A stretch of DNA of 64,000 bases. Origin: an uncultured Chloroflexia bacterium (GTDB lineage: Bacteria > Chloroflexota > UBA6077 > JACCZL01). The notes beneath the pieces are model-generated. The model was not told the origin of the DNA, searched no databases, and saw only the letters and a program-made list of their open reading frames with translations. The stretch spans positions 139,002-203,001 of the forward strand of contig CAVXYC010000018.1 in assembly GCA_963765765.1 (NCBI GenBank). Direction: 5' to 3'. Positions 22,769-32,945 of the stretch are shown here, piece after piece (the stretch's first letter is position 1; each line of letters opens with the position of its first letter). Position numbers and translations under genes: made by a program.

Positions 22769-24019
22769 TTACGGCGACGTGACTTTGTAGATTCCGCCGG
22801 CAAGTGACAGCAGATACACTTCGCCGGCTTCGTCCTCGCCAAACGAGCTGATCTGATGGTCAGTATCCGCAAGCAGTCCGGACGTCCACTGGCCCGAGTT
22901 GTCACGACGGAGCATCCAGAACCGACCAGAGCAAAAATCTCCGAACAGATATGTGCCCTGGAGCGCAGGAGACTGGGCTCCCCGATACACGTAGCCGCCA
23001 GTTACCGAGCAATCTCCATCGGCGTGTGAATACTCCGCGATTGGGAGAATGAAGCCATCCGTTGAACAGCTTGCGTTCGCCGGATAGCAGTGCGAGCCCT
23101 CTGTGACGTTCCAACCGTAGTTCTCGCCGCCGGTGCTCGTGGCCGGTTGGAGATCGATCTCCTCATAGTCTCCCTGACCAACGTCCGCGATGTAGATCTC
23201 GTGCGTCAAGCGATCGAAGCTGAATCGCCACGGGTTACGCAGACCGTATGCCCACACCTGGCCGCCCTCCCCGCCGCGATCCGCGAACGGATTGCCTGGC
23301 GGGATCGCGTACGGGAGCCCTGGATCCGCACCGTTCACGTCGATGCGCAGTATTTTTGCGAGCATGGCCTGGGTCTTCTGCCCGTTACGATCTGGGTCTC
23401 CGGCGGCGCCGCCGTCTCCAGTACCGATATACAGGTATCCATCAGGCCCAAACGCAAGCATGCCGCCATTGTGGTTGTCGCGCGTGTCTGGAATCGCAAA
23501 CAGTATCGAACCGCTGTTGGGGTCAGCCACATTGGGGTCAGCGGACATGATGTATCGCGCTACAGTGTTGGCCTTATCGGTCGCCGTGTAATAGATGAAG
23601 AACTGGCCGTTGTTTGCGAAATTCGGGTGGAATGCAAGTCCCAACAAACCCTGTTCCGGTCCGGACGTTGTGATCAGCCCACGAACGTCAAGAAATGGCG
23701 TTGCCAACGTCTCTCCGTCCTGGACGATGCGGATTGTGCCGCCCCGTTCCACGACAAACACCCGGCCGCTGCCATCCCCAGCGTGCGTGAGGTAAACGGG
23801 CTGACGAAAGCCTCGCCCGAGCTCAACCAGGGATGTCTGAACCCCGGCAGAGGCGGCACCTCTTCCAGTTGGAACACTGATCGTGCTGGTCTGAGCCGAA
23901 GGCCGAGCTCCCGCACGACCGGGAATGACTCCGCAAGCCATGATGACAACGGCGATCATTGAAATGAGGGCGAGGATCCGCGTTGCCTGCCGCCGACTCT
24001 CTGGAGCTAACCGATTCAT
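22769..24019 (-). CDS. PQQ-dependent glucose/sorbosone dehydrogenase family
   Basis: GLLGLAFHP, NHNGG, GLRNPWRFSFD, SFGEDEAGE. Confidence 0.9.
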   Translation of the reverse strand: MNRLAPESRRQATRILALISMIAVVIMACGVIPGRAGARPSAQTSTISVPTGRGAASAGVQTSLVELGRGFRQPVYLTHAGDGSGRVFVVERGGTIRIVQDGETLATPFLDVRGLITTSGPEQGLLGLAFHPNFANNGQFFIYYTATDKANTVARYIMSADPNVADPNSGSILFAIPDTRDNHNGGMLAFGPDGYLYIGTGDGGAAGDPDRNGQKTQAMLAKILRIDVNGADPGLPYAIPPGNPFADRGGEGGQVWAYGLRNPWRFSFDRLTHEIYIADVGQGDYEEIDLQPATSTGGENYGWNVTEGSHCYPANASCSTDGFILPIAEYSHADGDCSVTGGYVYRGAQSPALQGTYLFGDFCSGRFWMLRRDNSGQWTSGLLADTDHQISSFGEDEAGEVYLLSLAGGIYKVTSP

Positions 24020-24058
24020 GGAGTACTTACAGCATATACAGGTCGGGCTCAGCTCCAG

Positions 24059-24270
24059 CTAGAACGAGCCCGCGCCGCCACCCACGAATGACGGCCACGT
24101 CCCGCATGCATCCGTCACCGTGAACCGCACCGTCGTCGCCACTCCCCGGAGGAAAACAGCGATTCCGACCCGGCACCATTGCTTTGACGCATGCGCGTTG
24201 CACCTTCCAGCAGCGTGTTCGGTTCGGGGGCGAGCGTAGGGTTCACAAGGCCCCTGAGCTGAGTCCGACG
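24059..24270 (-). pseudogene. Orphan C-terminal domain fragment
   Basis: Ends TVRFTVTDACGTWPSFVGGGAGSF; no clear start. Confidence 0.4.
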
Positions 24271-24321
24271 CCGCTGGCTGATATATCCTGGCTTTGCATT
24301 CGCACGAGGACTGTTGCCCCA

Positions 24322-24697
24322 ATGGAACGAATTTTCTTCATAATTGGATCCCTTCTGGCGTTCCTGGGCGTGGCGGCCGGTGCGTTTGGCGCACACGGCT
24401 TACGTGGACGTGTCTCGCCTGAGCTGATCGACGTATTCGAGACGGCCGCGCGCTACCATATCTATCACGCGCTGGGGCTCCTAGCCGTGGCTTGGGCAGT
24501 CTCGCGCTGGCCCGGCACGGCAACCACGGCCGCTGGATGGCTGTTCTTCAGCCGGCGTGGTGCTCTTCTCCGGCAGCCTCTATTTGATGACCTTCACCGG
24601 AATGCGCTGGCTCGGCGCGATCACCCCGCTCGGCGGAGTAGCCTTTCTGGCTGGTTGGGCCGCGTTGGCCTGGGCCGCCTGGCGCGGAACTGCATAG
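24322..24697 (+). CDS. DUF423 (YgdD) membrane protein, frameshifted
   Basis: [34 protein letters not shown]. Confidence 0.9.
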
Positions 24698-24742
24698 GTA
24701 CTCCACTAATTCGTCCTTTGCGTCCCTGCGGTCCCTTTAATC

Positions 24743-27700
24743 TCACCGGAAACTCTTCGCCGGCGGGATGGCGGGCAGGCGAGCTTTGGCCGCTTCTTCT
24801 CGGGGATCGTTACCTGGGCGGTCGCGTGACTCCAATGTCGGCAAGTCGCCCTCGCGTAGCGCTTCTATGTCGTCCACCAGGATGTTGATATTGCCGTCGC
24901 GGCACTGAAGGCGGCCGCGGACGATGACCATGGTCTCGCCACGAATGATCGGTCGCTTGCGCTCATAGAGCGGCGGACGAATGATCGCGTTGGCCATACC
25001 CGTCTCGTCCTCCACCAGCAAGAACGTGAACCCCTGAGCGGTGCCCGGTCGCTGGCGGCACACCACCAGCCCGGCCACGCGCACCGGCCAGCCATCCGGT
25101 AACGCCTCCAGCTCCTCCGCTGAGACAATGTCGGACGGCAGCCGTGCCCGCATGAGCCCCAGAGGATGGAGTGACGGCGAGAGCCCCAGCGTGTGGTAAT
25201 CCGCCACCATGCGCTCCCACGCGGTCATCTCTGGCCGCTCGATCATGTCCTGTTCCGTGCCGAAACCGAGAGGGAGGTTGCGGGGCGTGCCTGGGGAAGC
25301 TTCCTCGCCCCCTGGGAGAGGGTTGGGGTGAGAGAAGCTCGATTGCTTCTTTCGCGAGGCCCTCACCCCAGCCCTCTCCCAGGGGGCGAGGGAGCTCTTC
25401 CGACTTGGCTGCGGCTTCTTTTCCCGCCTCGATTGCTCCAGCAGCCCGTACTGCCACAACAGCTCACGACGGTTGAGCTGGAACGAGGGAAACGCGCCCA
25501 GCAGAATGAGGTTCTCCATGGCCGGGCGCTTGATGTCATACGCCGCGGTACGGTGAACGAAATCCTCGAGATCTCTGAACGGCCCGTTCCGCTCCCGTTC
25601 CGCTACGATCAACGCACTCATCTCTGAATTCAGGCTCCGCACCCGATCCAGCCCCAGGCGAACCGCGGACAACGTCGAGTGATGAGTCATGAGTGATGAG
25701 TCATGAGTACGGTCATCTTTACTCATCACCCATGACTCATCACTCGACACCTGGTATGTCACCGTGCACTTCACGCCGCTCCGATTGATGTCCACCGGCA
25801 GCACGTGCACGCCGTGGCGGCGGCCGTCACCCACCAGCACGTGCGGCGCGTAGAAACCCATGGGCTGGTTGTTGAACAGGGCGCAGAGATACTCCGCTGG
25901 GTAGTGGTAGCGCAGCCAGGCGGATTGGAACGCCAGGATGGCAAAGGCCGCCGCGTGGCTTTTGGGGAAGCCAAATTCGGAGAAGCCCACCAGCTTGTCG
26001 AACACCTTGGTGGCGGTGGCTTCGTCCACATCGCGCTGTATGGCACCGTTCAGGAACTCCTCACGGAACGCCTGCATCGCTTCGGCAGAGCGCCGTCGGC
26101 TCATCGCTCTACGCAGGCCATCCGCTTGCCCTGAGCTGAAACCGGCCAACTCCTCGGCCACCTGCATCACTTGGTCCTGGAAGAGCACCACGCCCAGGGT
26201 GTCGCGCAGCACCTCCTTTAGAGAAGGGTGGTCCACCTCGTAATCCGTGGCGCCCTGCCGCTGCCGCTCACGCTGGCGGACGTAGGGATTTACCGCGCCC
26301 CCCACGATGGGCCCGGGCCGAACGATGGCCACCTCGATAGCCAGGTCATCCAGGTTGCGCGGCTGGGTGCGCGGCAGCATCTGAATCTGCGCACGACTCT
26401 CTATCTGAAACAGCCCCACGGTATCGCCCGCGCAGATCTGGTCATAGATCTTGGGGTCGTCGTAATCGATCCGAGTGAGATCCTCCACTCGTCCCGTGTG
26501 TTGCCAGATGAGCTCCAGGCATTCCTCCACCAGTGAGAGCATGCCCAGCGCCAGGAAGTCCACCTTGATGAAACGCGCGTCATCGCACGAATCTTTGTCC
26601 CACTGGCAGATGTAGCGACCCTCCATGGCCGCCGGCTGCACGGGCACCAGCTCGATAATCGGGCGCGATGAGATGATCATCCCGCCCACGTGCTGACTCA
26701 TGTGGCGCGGAAAGCCGGCAATCTGCCGGGCCAGCTCAATGAGGTGACGCCAGATGGGTACGTGCACCAGGTCCTTGAGATCCGGCAGCCGCTCCATCTC
26801 CTGCTCCACGGTAGCCGCGGAGCCCCACTCGCTCAGCTTGGCCAGCTTGTCCAACGTGGGCGCCGGCAAGCCCAGCACCTTGCCCAGATCCCGCACGGCG
26901 CTGCGAATGTGATACGTGGCAAAGCTGCACACCAGCGCCGCGTGGTCCTTACCGTAGTGCTCGTACACCCGCAGGATGAGCTGCTCCCGAATGTCTCGCG
27001 CAAAGTCGAGATCGATATCCGGGACGGAGTGCATCGCATCGTTGAGAAAACGCCCTAGAAACAGATTGTTCTTGACCGGATCCACCTGAGAGAGGCCAAT
27101 CAGGTAACAGACGATGGAGCTCACCGAAGAGCCGCGTCCCCGCCCGCAAGGCAGATTTGATTTGCCGCGCGCGGTATTGGATCCACCGCGGACGTCATTG
27201 GCCACTTCTCTGGCCATCTGCAGCAGATCGCGATACACGAGGAAAAACCCGGACAGCCCGTGGCGCTCAATAAGCCCCAGCTCCTCACGCAGCCGCCCCA
27301 CCGCGTCAACTCGTCCCGATGATCCTTCCGGATATTTCTCCTCCAGCGCCGCCCAGCAGTACTCACTCAACACCGCGTCTGCATCCGTGGCCATATCCTG
27401 CAGCGCGCCGATATTGGTGCCCGGAGCTTCATCAGAGGAGGCGCTCCCTCGCCCTTTGGGAGAGGGTTGGGGTGAGGGCCCTACGGTGGGGGATATCGAG
27501 CTTCCCTCACCCCAACCCTCTCCCAGGGGGCGAGGGAGACGCCTCCCCACCCCAGCCCTCCCCGTGCGCGGGGAGGGGGCCGGATTCTCCAGATTTCTCT
27601 GTCACAGCCCCCTCCCGGAGCAAATTTTCTCCATATCCGGCCCCCTCCCCGCGCACGGGGAGGGCTGGGGTGGGGTCGTCCCCTCCGTCGCATCAGTCCC

Positions 27701-28713
27701 CTGAGTCCCAGAGGCCCCATACACCCCGCCCGGCCGCACATCCCTCCGAAACTCCGGAAACCGATACCCGAGATCCTCAGTCAGATCAAACTCGCTGCAA
27801 CGCTCGGCAATCTCGCGGGTAGATTGAATGGCCTGAGGCAAATCGTGGAACCGTGCCGCCATCTCCGCCGGGGTCTGCAGAAAGAACTCACTGTTTGGTC
27901 GACGGAGCTGATGGGAGCCTTCCAATGTAGAGCGATGCTTGATGGCCACCATGGCGTCCTGCAGCCGGTGTCGGGCGCGCTCGTGATAGTGCACGTTGCC
28001 CGTGGCCACGATGTCCACATTCAGTCGCTCAGCCAGCTCCACCAGGCGCAGCACGCGACGCTCATCGCCCTTCACCAGATGACGCTGCAGCTCCAGATAC
28101 AGCGCGTGCCCGCCAAACAGATCGCGCAGCCAGCGACCGGCCGCTTCCGCCTCCGTCAGCCGCCCTTCATCGATAAGCTGGCACAGTAGCCCGTGTCGAC
28201 AGCCAGACAGCGCGATCAATCCGCGCGTGCGCCCCTCCAGCGCCGCCGCCGGCAGACACGGCGCCTTCGCCCCTGGGAGAGGGTTGGTGAGGGCTCTTTC
28301 CACCGAACGAGGCTGATTGCTCTTCCCTCACGCCAACCCGCTCCCAGGGCGAGCATGGAGCCTGACACATTGCGACGCTCCGGGTCGCACGCATCCGTCA
28401 GCAGCCGACACAGGTTGGCGTAGCCCTCGGGATTCTCGGCCAGCAGCGTCAGGTGGCAGCGTCGACCGGATACGTCAAGCGTCAGCTCCGCCCCGGTGAT
28501 CGGCTGGATCTCCACAATCTTTGCGTACTGGGCAAAGGCCATGGCGCCGGCAAGGTTGTCATGGTCGGTAATCGCCAGCGCCCGGTAGTCGAATTCGCAG
28601 GCGCTATTCATCAGCTCCTCGATCTGCGACGCGCCGTCCAGAAACGAGTACGCCGTGTGGAGATGCAGCTCTACATAGTGATGAGTAGTGAGTGATGAGT
28701 GATGAGTCACCAT
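24743..28713 (-). CDS. dnaE2: Error-prone DNA polymerase DnaE2, interrupted by repeat inserts, a frameshift and one in-frame TGA
   Basis: PHP ELHLHTAYSFLDGAS/ITDHD; GRGSS, PDIDLD, HVGG, FGFPKSHAAAFA, NNQPMGFY, RQRPGTAQG, C-terminal KSFR. Confidence 0.92.
25300..25397. repeat. CCCTCACCCC..CCCTCTCCC inverted pair, in frame within dnaE2
   Basis: Translates SLAPWERAGVRA...SHPNPLPGGE. Confidence 0.85.
25677..25746. repeat. Heptamer (TGATGAG) inverted tandem repeat, in frame within dnaE2
   Basis: Translates SDESWVMS..THDSSLMTHHS. Confidence 0.85.
27400..27750. repeat. Composite repeat insert between PHP and polymerase domains
   Basis: Two inverted pairs (~27443-27538, ~27542-27678) plus GTCCC-containing 9-mer units. 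Confidence 0.8.
28262..28360. repeat. GGGAGAGGG family inverted pair inside the PHP domain
   Basis: Same family as the 25300 and 27443 copies. Confidence 0.75.
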
Positions 28714-28772
28714 CGGCAAGGATCTCTACTCATTACTCATGACTCATTACTCATGACCCATTACTCATCACT
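28678..28772. repeat. TGATGAG heptamer inverted repeat spanning the dnaE2 start
   Basis: GTGATGAG runs facing CTCATTA/CTCATGA runs. Confidence 0.85.
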
Positions 28773-28778
28773 GCGTCT

Positions 28779-29036
28779 TTAGCGCTGGGCGTACCACTGG
28801 CCGTCCACCAGGTCTTTGTAGATCTCCAGGCGCTTTCCGCCTTCCAGCAGCACGCCAAAATACAGCCGGCTCACCGGCCGATTTCGCCACCACTCGTCAT
28901 CAATGCGCCAGCGCTCCAGCACTTCAGCCACTCGGCGCCGGCTTCGCTGCCAGGTCACCGTTATCGGCGCGCCATCCTGATGCTCCACGCGAATTGCGTT
29001 CGGCTCGTTCAGAAATTGCAGTCGACCAGTGCCCAG
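28779..29036 (-). CDS. DUF6504-like small protein between imuB and dnaE2
   Basis: VLERWRIDDEWWR..RLYF..IYKDLVDGQW; start uncertain. Confidence 0.75.
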   Translation of the reverse strand: MGTGRLQFLNEPNAIRVEHQDGAPITVTWQRSRRRVAEVLERWRIDDEWWRNRPVSRLYFGVLLEGGKRLEIYKDLVDGQWYAQR

Positions 29037-30384
29037 CGACGCTCGGGAAAGCGTGACCACGGCTCCACCTCCATGATTCGATACAGTTGTCCGGCCGGGG
29101 CATCGCCAAAGCGCATGCGTAGCTGGCGCGCGGCCTCGGCCACACCCGTAAGCTGCCGGCGACGACCGCTCCACAGCTCCTCCTGCATCACGCTGGCGCC
29201 CTGCTTCAGCACCAGCGTTACTCCTAGCTCTGCCACCGCGCCCTCCGGATGCGCATTGCCCAGCCGCCCACGCAGATGCTTCAGCGCCGTAGCAGCGCTG
29301 GCCACCGGCTCGCGCAGCGTGAAGGTGCGTTCCCAGGACGAGTGAGCAGAGGTGAGAGGTCGGAGGTCAGAGGTCAGGAATCGTCTCCGATCACCTCGCT
29401 CATCACTGACCTCTGACCTCTGACCTCTGACCTCTCGTCCTTCGCCCCACGCCCGCAATGTGATCTGCTCCACAGAACGGCCTCGCGTCACCGGCAGACT
29501 GAAGGCGCGCACCAGCACACGCTCTAGCCCGGCCAGCAGCCCTTGAGAGCTCGCCACGGCGGATGGAAAGCGCAGCCGCGCCTCGGCCTTCAGCGCGCGA
29601 GCTCGGGGCTGGAACGGACGATCGTCCTGCCCGCACGCCAGCCTCCAGGCACGGCCGCCGGCCAGCGCCAAACTGTGCCTGTACCGGCCCCAGCGGCAAC
29701 CCTGAGAGGGCGCCCAGCGTATGGAGCCCCTGCTGCTGAAAGCTGCGCGCAAGGTCCGGCGTGACCGGCAGCAGCACCGCCGGCAACGGCGCCAGAAACG
29801 ACTTCTCCGCCCTCGCGGGCACAATGCTCACCTGCCCCGGGCTGTGCCTGCCGCGCCGCCGCCTCCGCCACAAACTTCCCCCGTGCCACCCCCAGCCGCG
29901 CCCGGAACATCGAGGGCACGGAGCGGAGGATGATCTGGAGATCGCTTTGCGAAGTGAAGAGTGAAGAGTGAAGAGTGAAAGACGGCAGTGTGGGTGGCTC
30001 ATTCTCCACTCTTAACGCTTCACTCTTCACTTCCTTCCCCAGCGCCTCCACATCACAGAACACCACCCCCAGCCCGGCCGGCTCCACCGGGCCAATGACC
30101 TTCTCCAGGTCATCCAGCACCTGCTCAAACCGCTGGGCGTAGAGCACCGGATCAGGCGGCACCATCACCAGCTCACGACACAGCGCCAGCGCCTCCCGAG
30201 CCGGCATGCCCGGGCGCACACCCACGGCCGCGGCCTCAGGAGAGCACTCCAGAATCTCGGGCCGTTGCCCCACGCCGGAGGTGAGCGCCAACGGCGCGCC
30301 GTCCTGCGCGGCATTACGCATCGTCTCCACACGCAGCGCAAAATGCGGCAGCAGGAGGCAGCCGATCATTTGCCTGGCCATCAC
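29009..30384 (-). CDS. imuB: ImuB / Y-family polymerase-like protein, two frameshifts
   Basis: ECSPEAAAVGVRPGM..EALALC, GVARGKFVA, LGALSGLP..QAQFG, EPWSRFPERR; adjacent to dnaE2. Confidence 0.85.
29342..29435. repeat. TCAGAGG heptamer inverted repeat, in frame within imuB
   Basis: Translates EVRGQRSEVS..LTSDLRPLTS. Confidence 0.85.
29951..30030. repeat. GTGAAGA heptamer inverted repeat, in frame within imuB
   Basis: Translates EVKSEALRVEN..FTLHSSLFTS. Confidence 0.85.
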
Positions 30385-30404
30385 TCGTCCCCTCCAGCCG
30401 GGCC

Positions 30405-30566
30405 CTGGGGCCGCGGGCGTCCTACCCGTCCCCGGCTTTCCGGTGGGACGGGCGTCCCTGCCCGTCGCGGCCTGGAGGGCCGCCCCTCGAACACAGCGAG
30501 CGGTGACGGGGAGTACTGGAGGCGGGCTCGACGCCCGCGACGGGCAGGGACGCCCATCCCACCGGT
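30405..30566. repeat. GGGACGGGCGTCCCTGCCCGTC REP-like cluster
   Basis: Three to four palindromic units in alternating orientation. Confidence 0.75.
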
Positions 30567-30934
30567 GGAAAAGGAACGCTCCCCGGCCCTGCGGTACAGC
30601 CGTCCATCACTCGTCTCCCCGGAGCGTTCGTCCCGGCCGCCATGGACCCGCGCGAAGACCGCACCCGCACGCCGGCGGCAGAACGCCGCCCCGCGCTGAG
30701 CTGGGTGTCCACCGCGGCGTACAGTCCGCTGGCAGAAAGCCCCAGCGCCAGGCCGCGCATCACCGCGCCGGCCATCGTGATGCCGTCATCCGCCGCGATG
30801 AGGCTGAGCGCCAGGCCCAATGCCAGCGCCATCGGAGCCGCCCACCGCGCGCTCAGCCCCGTACCCTTGGCCACCTCCACCAGCCCAATGATCACCGGTA
30901 CCACCAGCACACCGAAGAATTCCGTTGTATCCAC
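30422..30934 (-). CDS. Phage holin-like protein (C-terminal extension reads through repeats)
   Basis: VPVIIGLVEVAK..G...RWA....LALG..GLSASGLY. Confidence 0.75.
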   Translation of the reverse strand: MDTTEFFGVLVVPVIIGLVEVAKGTGLSARWAAPMALALGLALSLIAADDGITMAGAVMRGLALGLSASGLYAAVDTQLSAGRRSAAGVRVRSSRGSMAAGTNAPGRRVMDGCTAGPGSVPFPPVGWASLPVAGVEPASSTPRHRSLCSRGGPPGRDGQGRPSHRKAGDG

Positions 30935-30952
30935 AACCGTCCCCCTGACGGG

Positions 30953-31050
30953 AGTTAAGAGTGAAAAGTTAAGAGTGAAATTGAGATTGTCGAAATCAAA
31001 TCAGCTTCCCCAGTGCCATTCTTAACTCTTAACTTTTTCACTCTTAACTC
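30953..31050. repeat. GTTAAGA/GTGAAAA heptamer inverted repeat, intergenic
   Basis: GAGTTAAGAGTGAAAAGTTAAGAGT and its exact reverse complement. Confidence 0.9.
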
Positions 31051-31057
31051 AACCTCC

Positions 31058-32878
31058 TCACGCCTCCAACAACCTCAAGCTGCCTCTCAACTGCGTTCCC
31101 ATCCGTTGGCTCATCTTGGCCCCCTTCTCCTCGTAGTCCAGCAGCCACACATTCCGACTCACCCCGTCCAGATCCACATACGTCAGCGGCCCCGCCTGAC
31201 CGGCAATGCCCCACAACGCCGTGCTGAGCTGCGCGCTTGTCTGCGAGCTATTGCTCCCATCCAGCAGCACCATCGGCATCTGCCCGCTCCCCTCGATGAG
31301 GCAATCGAACTCCCACACGCGCTTGACGCCCGGCGCCGGCCGACAGCGCATCTCGAGCGAGAAGAACCGCAGCGGCGTGGCCCCGCCAGCAGGGCCCGTC
31401 AGGATCACTCGGAACGCGATGAGCTTGCCCGCCACCGCCGCGCCAAACGTGAACGTCGCCGTGGTGCTACTCGTCGTGCTGTTCGTGCCCAGGCTCGTCC
31501 ACGCGCCGGTGTCCTCCAGGCGGTACTGCACCTGCACGCTCTGACCCGCCAGCAGCGCCGCGTGGTTGATCGTGACGCTCCGAAACACTTTCGTCACGCC
31601 CGGCAGCCGCGCATCGATCAGCCCCGTCTCCAGCGTCGCCGCCGCCTGATGGAGGTCGCTCCGAACCCTGAGCATGAACCAGTTGGTCGTACTGAGCTGG
31701 GCAATCACGTAGAGATCGCCACCAAACCACGCCAGGCTCTGCGCGCGACCATTGCCGGCCATCGCGGCCACGGCCACCGGCTCGCTCCATCCGACTGATC
31801 CGCCTGAGGCGGAGGCCGCTCCGTCGTAGCGCTTCAGGCCCACGCCGGCCCCGTCCGAGAACGCCATCCAGAAGCCCCCGCGACCGCTTGCCGTGGCGCC
31901 CAGCGCTCCGCCCGCGTACGGGATCGTCAGTGGATGCGGGATGGGCTCAACGTCGCCATTCCGCCAGCGGTACACCACCGGGTAGGCCGATGAGCCGCGC
32001 TGGCCCACCAGGTAGCTGGCATCTCCCAGCACGCTCCCACCCAGCAGGCTCACGCCATCGATCGTCGTCGTAAACGCCCATTGCTCGGAGGCCGCGTTGT
32101 CCTTCAGGGTGTACACGCCCGTCCGCGCGCCGCTGCCCATCTGTGTCCCGCAGAACACCGCCGTTGTCCCAATCACCTGCGGCTGCACGCGACAGCTCGG
32201 CTCGTTGAGCTGGTAGCGCAAGGCGGAGAGCGTTGCCCCGTCCGTGTAATAGACTCGGCACCCGTCCGGCGCCTCACCCACCAGGTACAGGTAGGCCACC
32301 GAGCCCCGATAGAACACGCCCATGCTGTAACACGCGGTGACCGGCGGCGGCAGCGTCACAAAGACGTCGGTGTAGGTCGCTCCATCCCATCTGGCAATGC
32401 TGCCGTTGCCCGTTTTGCCAACGTAGAGCTTGCCCTGATACTCGGCAAAGCTCGCCGCTCGACCGCCCGTGGCCAGCGTAAACGGCGCCCCCAGCGACGC
32501 CCCATCCCAGCTCACCACCGCGCCGCCGTTGGCCCCGTGGTAGTACTTGCCGAGTGCCGCGATGGATGGTCCGGGCGAGAGGTCATTGACGCCGGCGTTC
32601 ACCTGGGCGGCATGCGGCCCCTGCCGAGCCGCGCCGGGCTCGGTCCATGGATCCAGGCCCGGACCAAACCGGTATCGCCCGGGCTCGTCCTCATCGTGCC
32701 GGGTGAAGCCCTCACCGCCGCTCCAATCGTCGATGAGCACAGCCATTTCGTTCCGCAGGTCCCCGTAGCCGCGATCCCCCGAAGACGTCTTCGGCGCAAA
32801 CGGGTCGGCCAACGTCCGCCGATAGCTCTGCACATCCAGCAGCAGCCCCTGCCCGGCCAGCATCACGTGATAAGTCAT
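31058..32878 (-). CDS. Putative phage tail/nozzle-like beta-rich structural protein
   Basis: ~606 aa, propeller-like WDG/YxG repeats, located between capsid and holin. Confidence 0.55.
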   Translation of the reverse strand: MTYHVMLAGQGLLLDVQSYRRTLADPFAPKTSSGDRGYGDLRNEMAVLIDDWSGGEGFTRHDEDEPGRYRFGPGLDPWTEPGAARQGPHAAQVNAGVNDLSPGPSIAALGKYYHGANGGAVVSWDGASLGAPFTLATGGRAASFAEYQGKLYVGKTGNGSIARWDGATYTDVFVTLPPPVTACYSMGVFYRGSVAYLYLVGEAPDGCRVYYTDGATLSALRYQLNEPSCRVQPQVIGTTAVFCGTQMGSGARTGVYTLKDNAASEQWAFTTTIDGVSLLGGSVLGDASYLVGQRGSSAYPVVYRWRNGDVEPIPHPLTIPYAGGALGATASGRGGFWMAFSDGAGVGLKRYDGAASASGGSVGWSEPVAVAAMAGNGRAQSLAWFGGDLYVIAQLSTTNWFMLRVRSDLHQAAATLETGLIDARLPGVTKVFRSVTINHAALLAGQSVQVQYRLEDTGAWTSLGTNSTTSSTTATFTFGAAVAGKLIAFRVILTGPAGGATPLRFFSLEMRCRPAPGVKRVWEFDCLIEGSGQMPMVLLDGSNSSQTSAQLSTALWGIAGQAGPLTYVDLDGVSRNVWLLDYEEKGAKMSQRMGTQLRGSLRLLEA

Positions 32879-32882
32879 AGCG

Positions 32883-32945
32883 AGAGTGATGAGTAATGAG
32901 TCATGGTGACGAGTAGATGAGTGATGAGTCATAAGTAATGAGTGG
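32883..32945. repeat. TGATGAG heptamer run
   Basis: GTGATGAGTAATGAGTCATG... Confidence 0.8.

Noticed and set aside
27602-27604. Selenocysteine TGA
   Set aside because: The codon lies in non-conserved repeat-derived sequence, not at a Cys-equivalent site.
24743-28713. Inteins in dnaE2
   Set aside because: The inserts are short, repeat-derived and lack C/S...HN splice motifs.
25677-32945. Periodic repeats as a CRISPR array
   Set aside because: These are degenerate 7-mers in inverted blocks, with no constant repeat-unique spacer structure and no cas genes.
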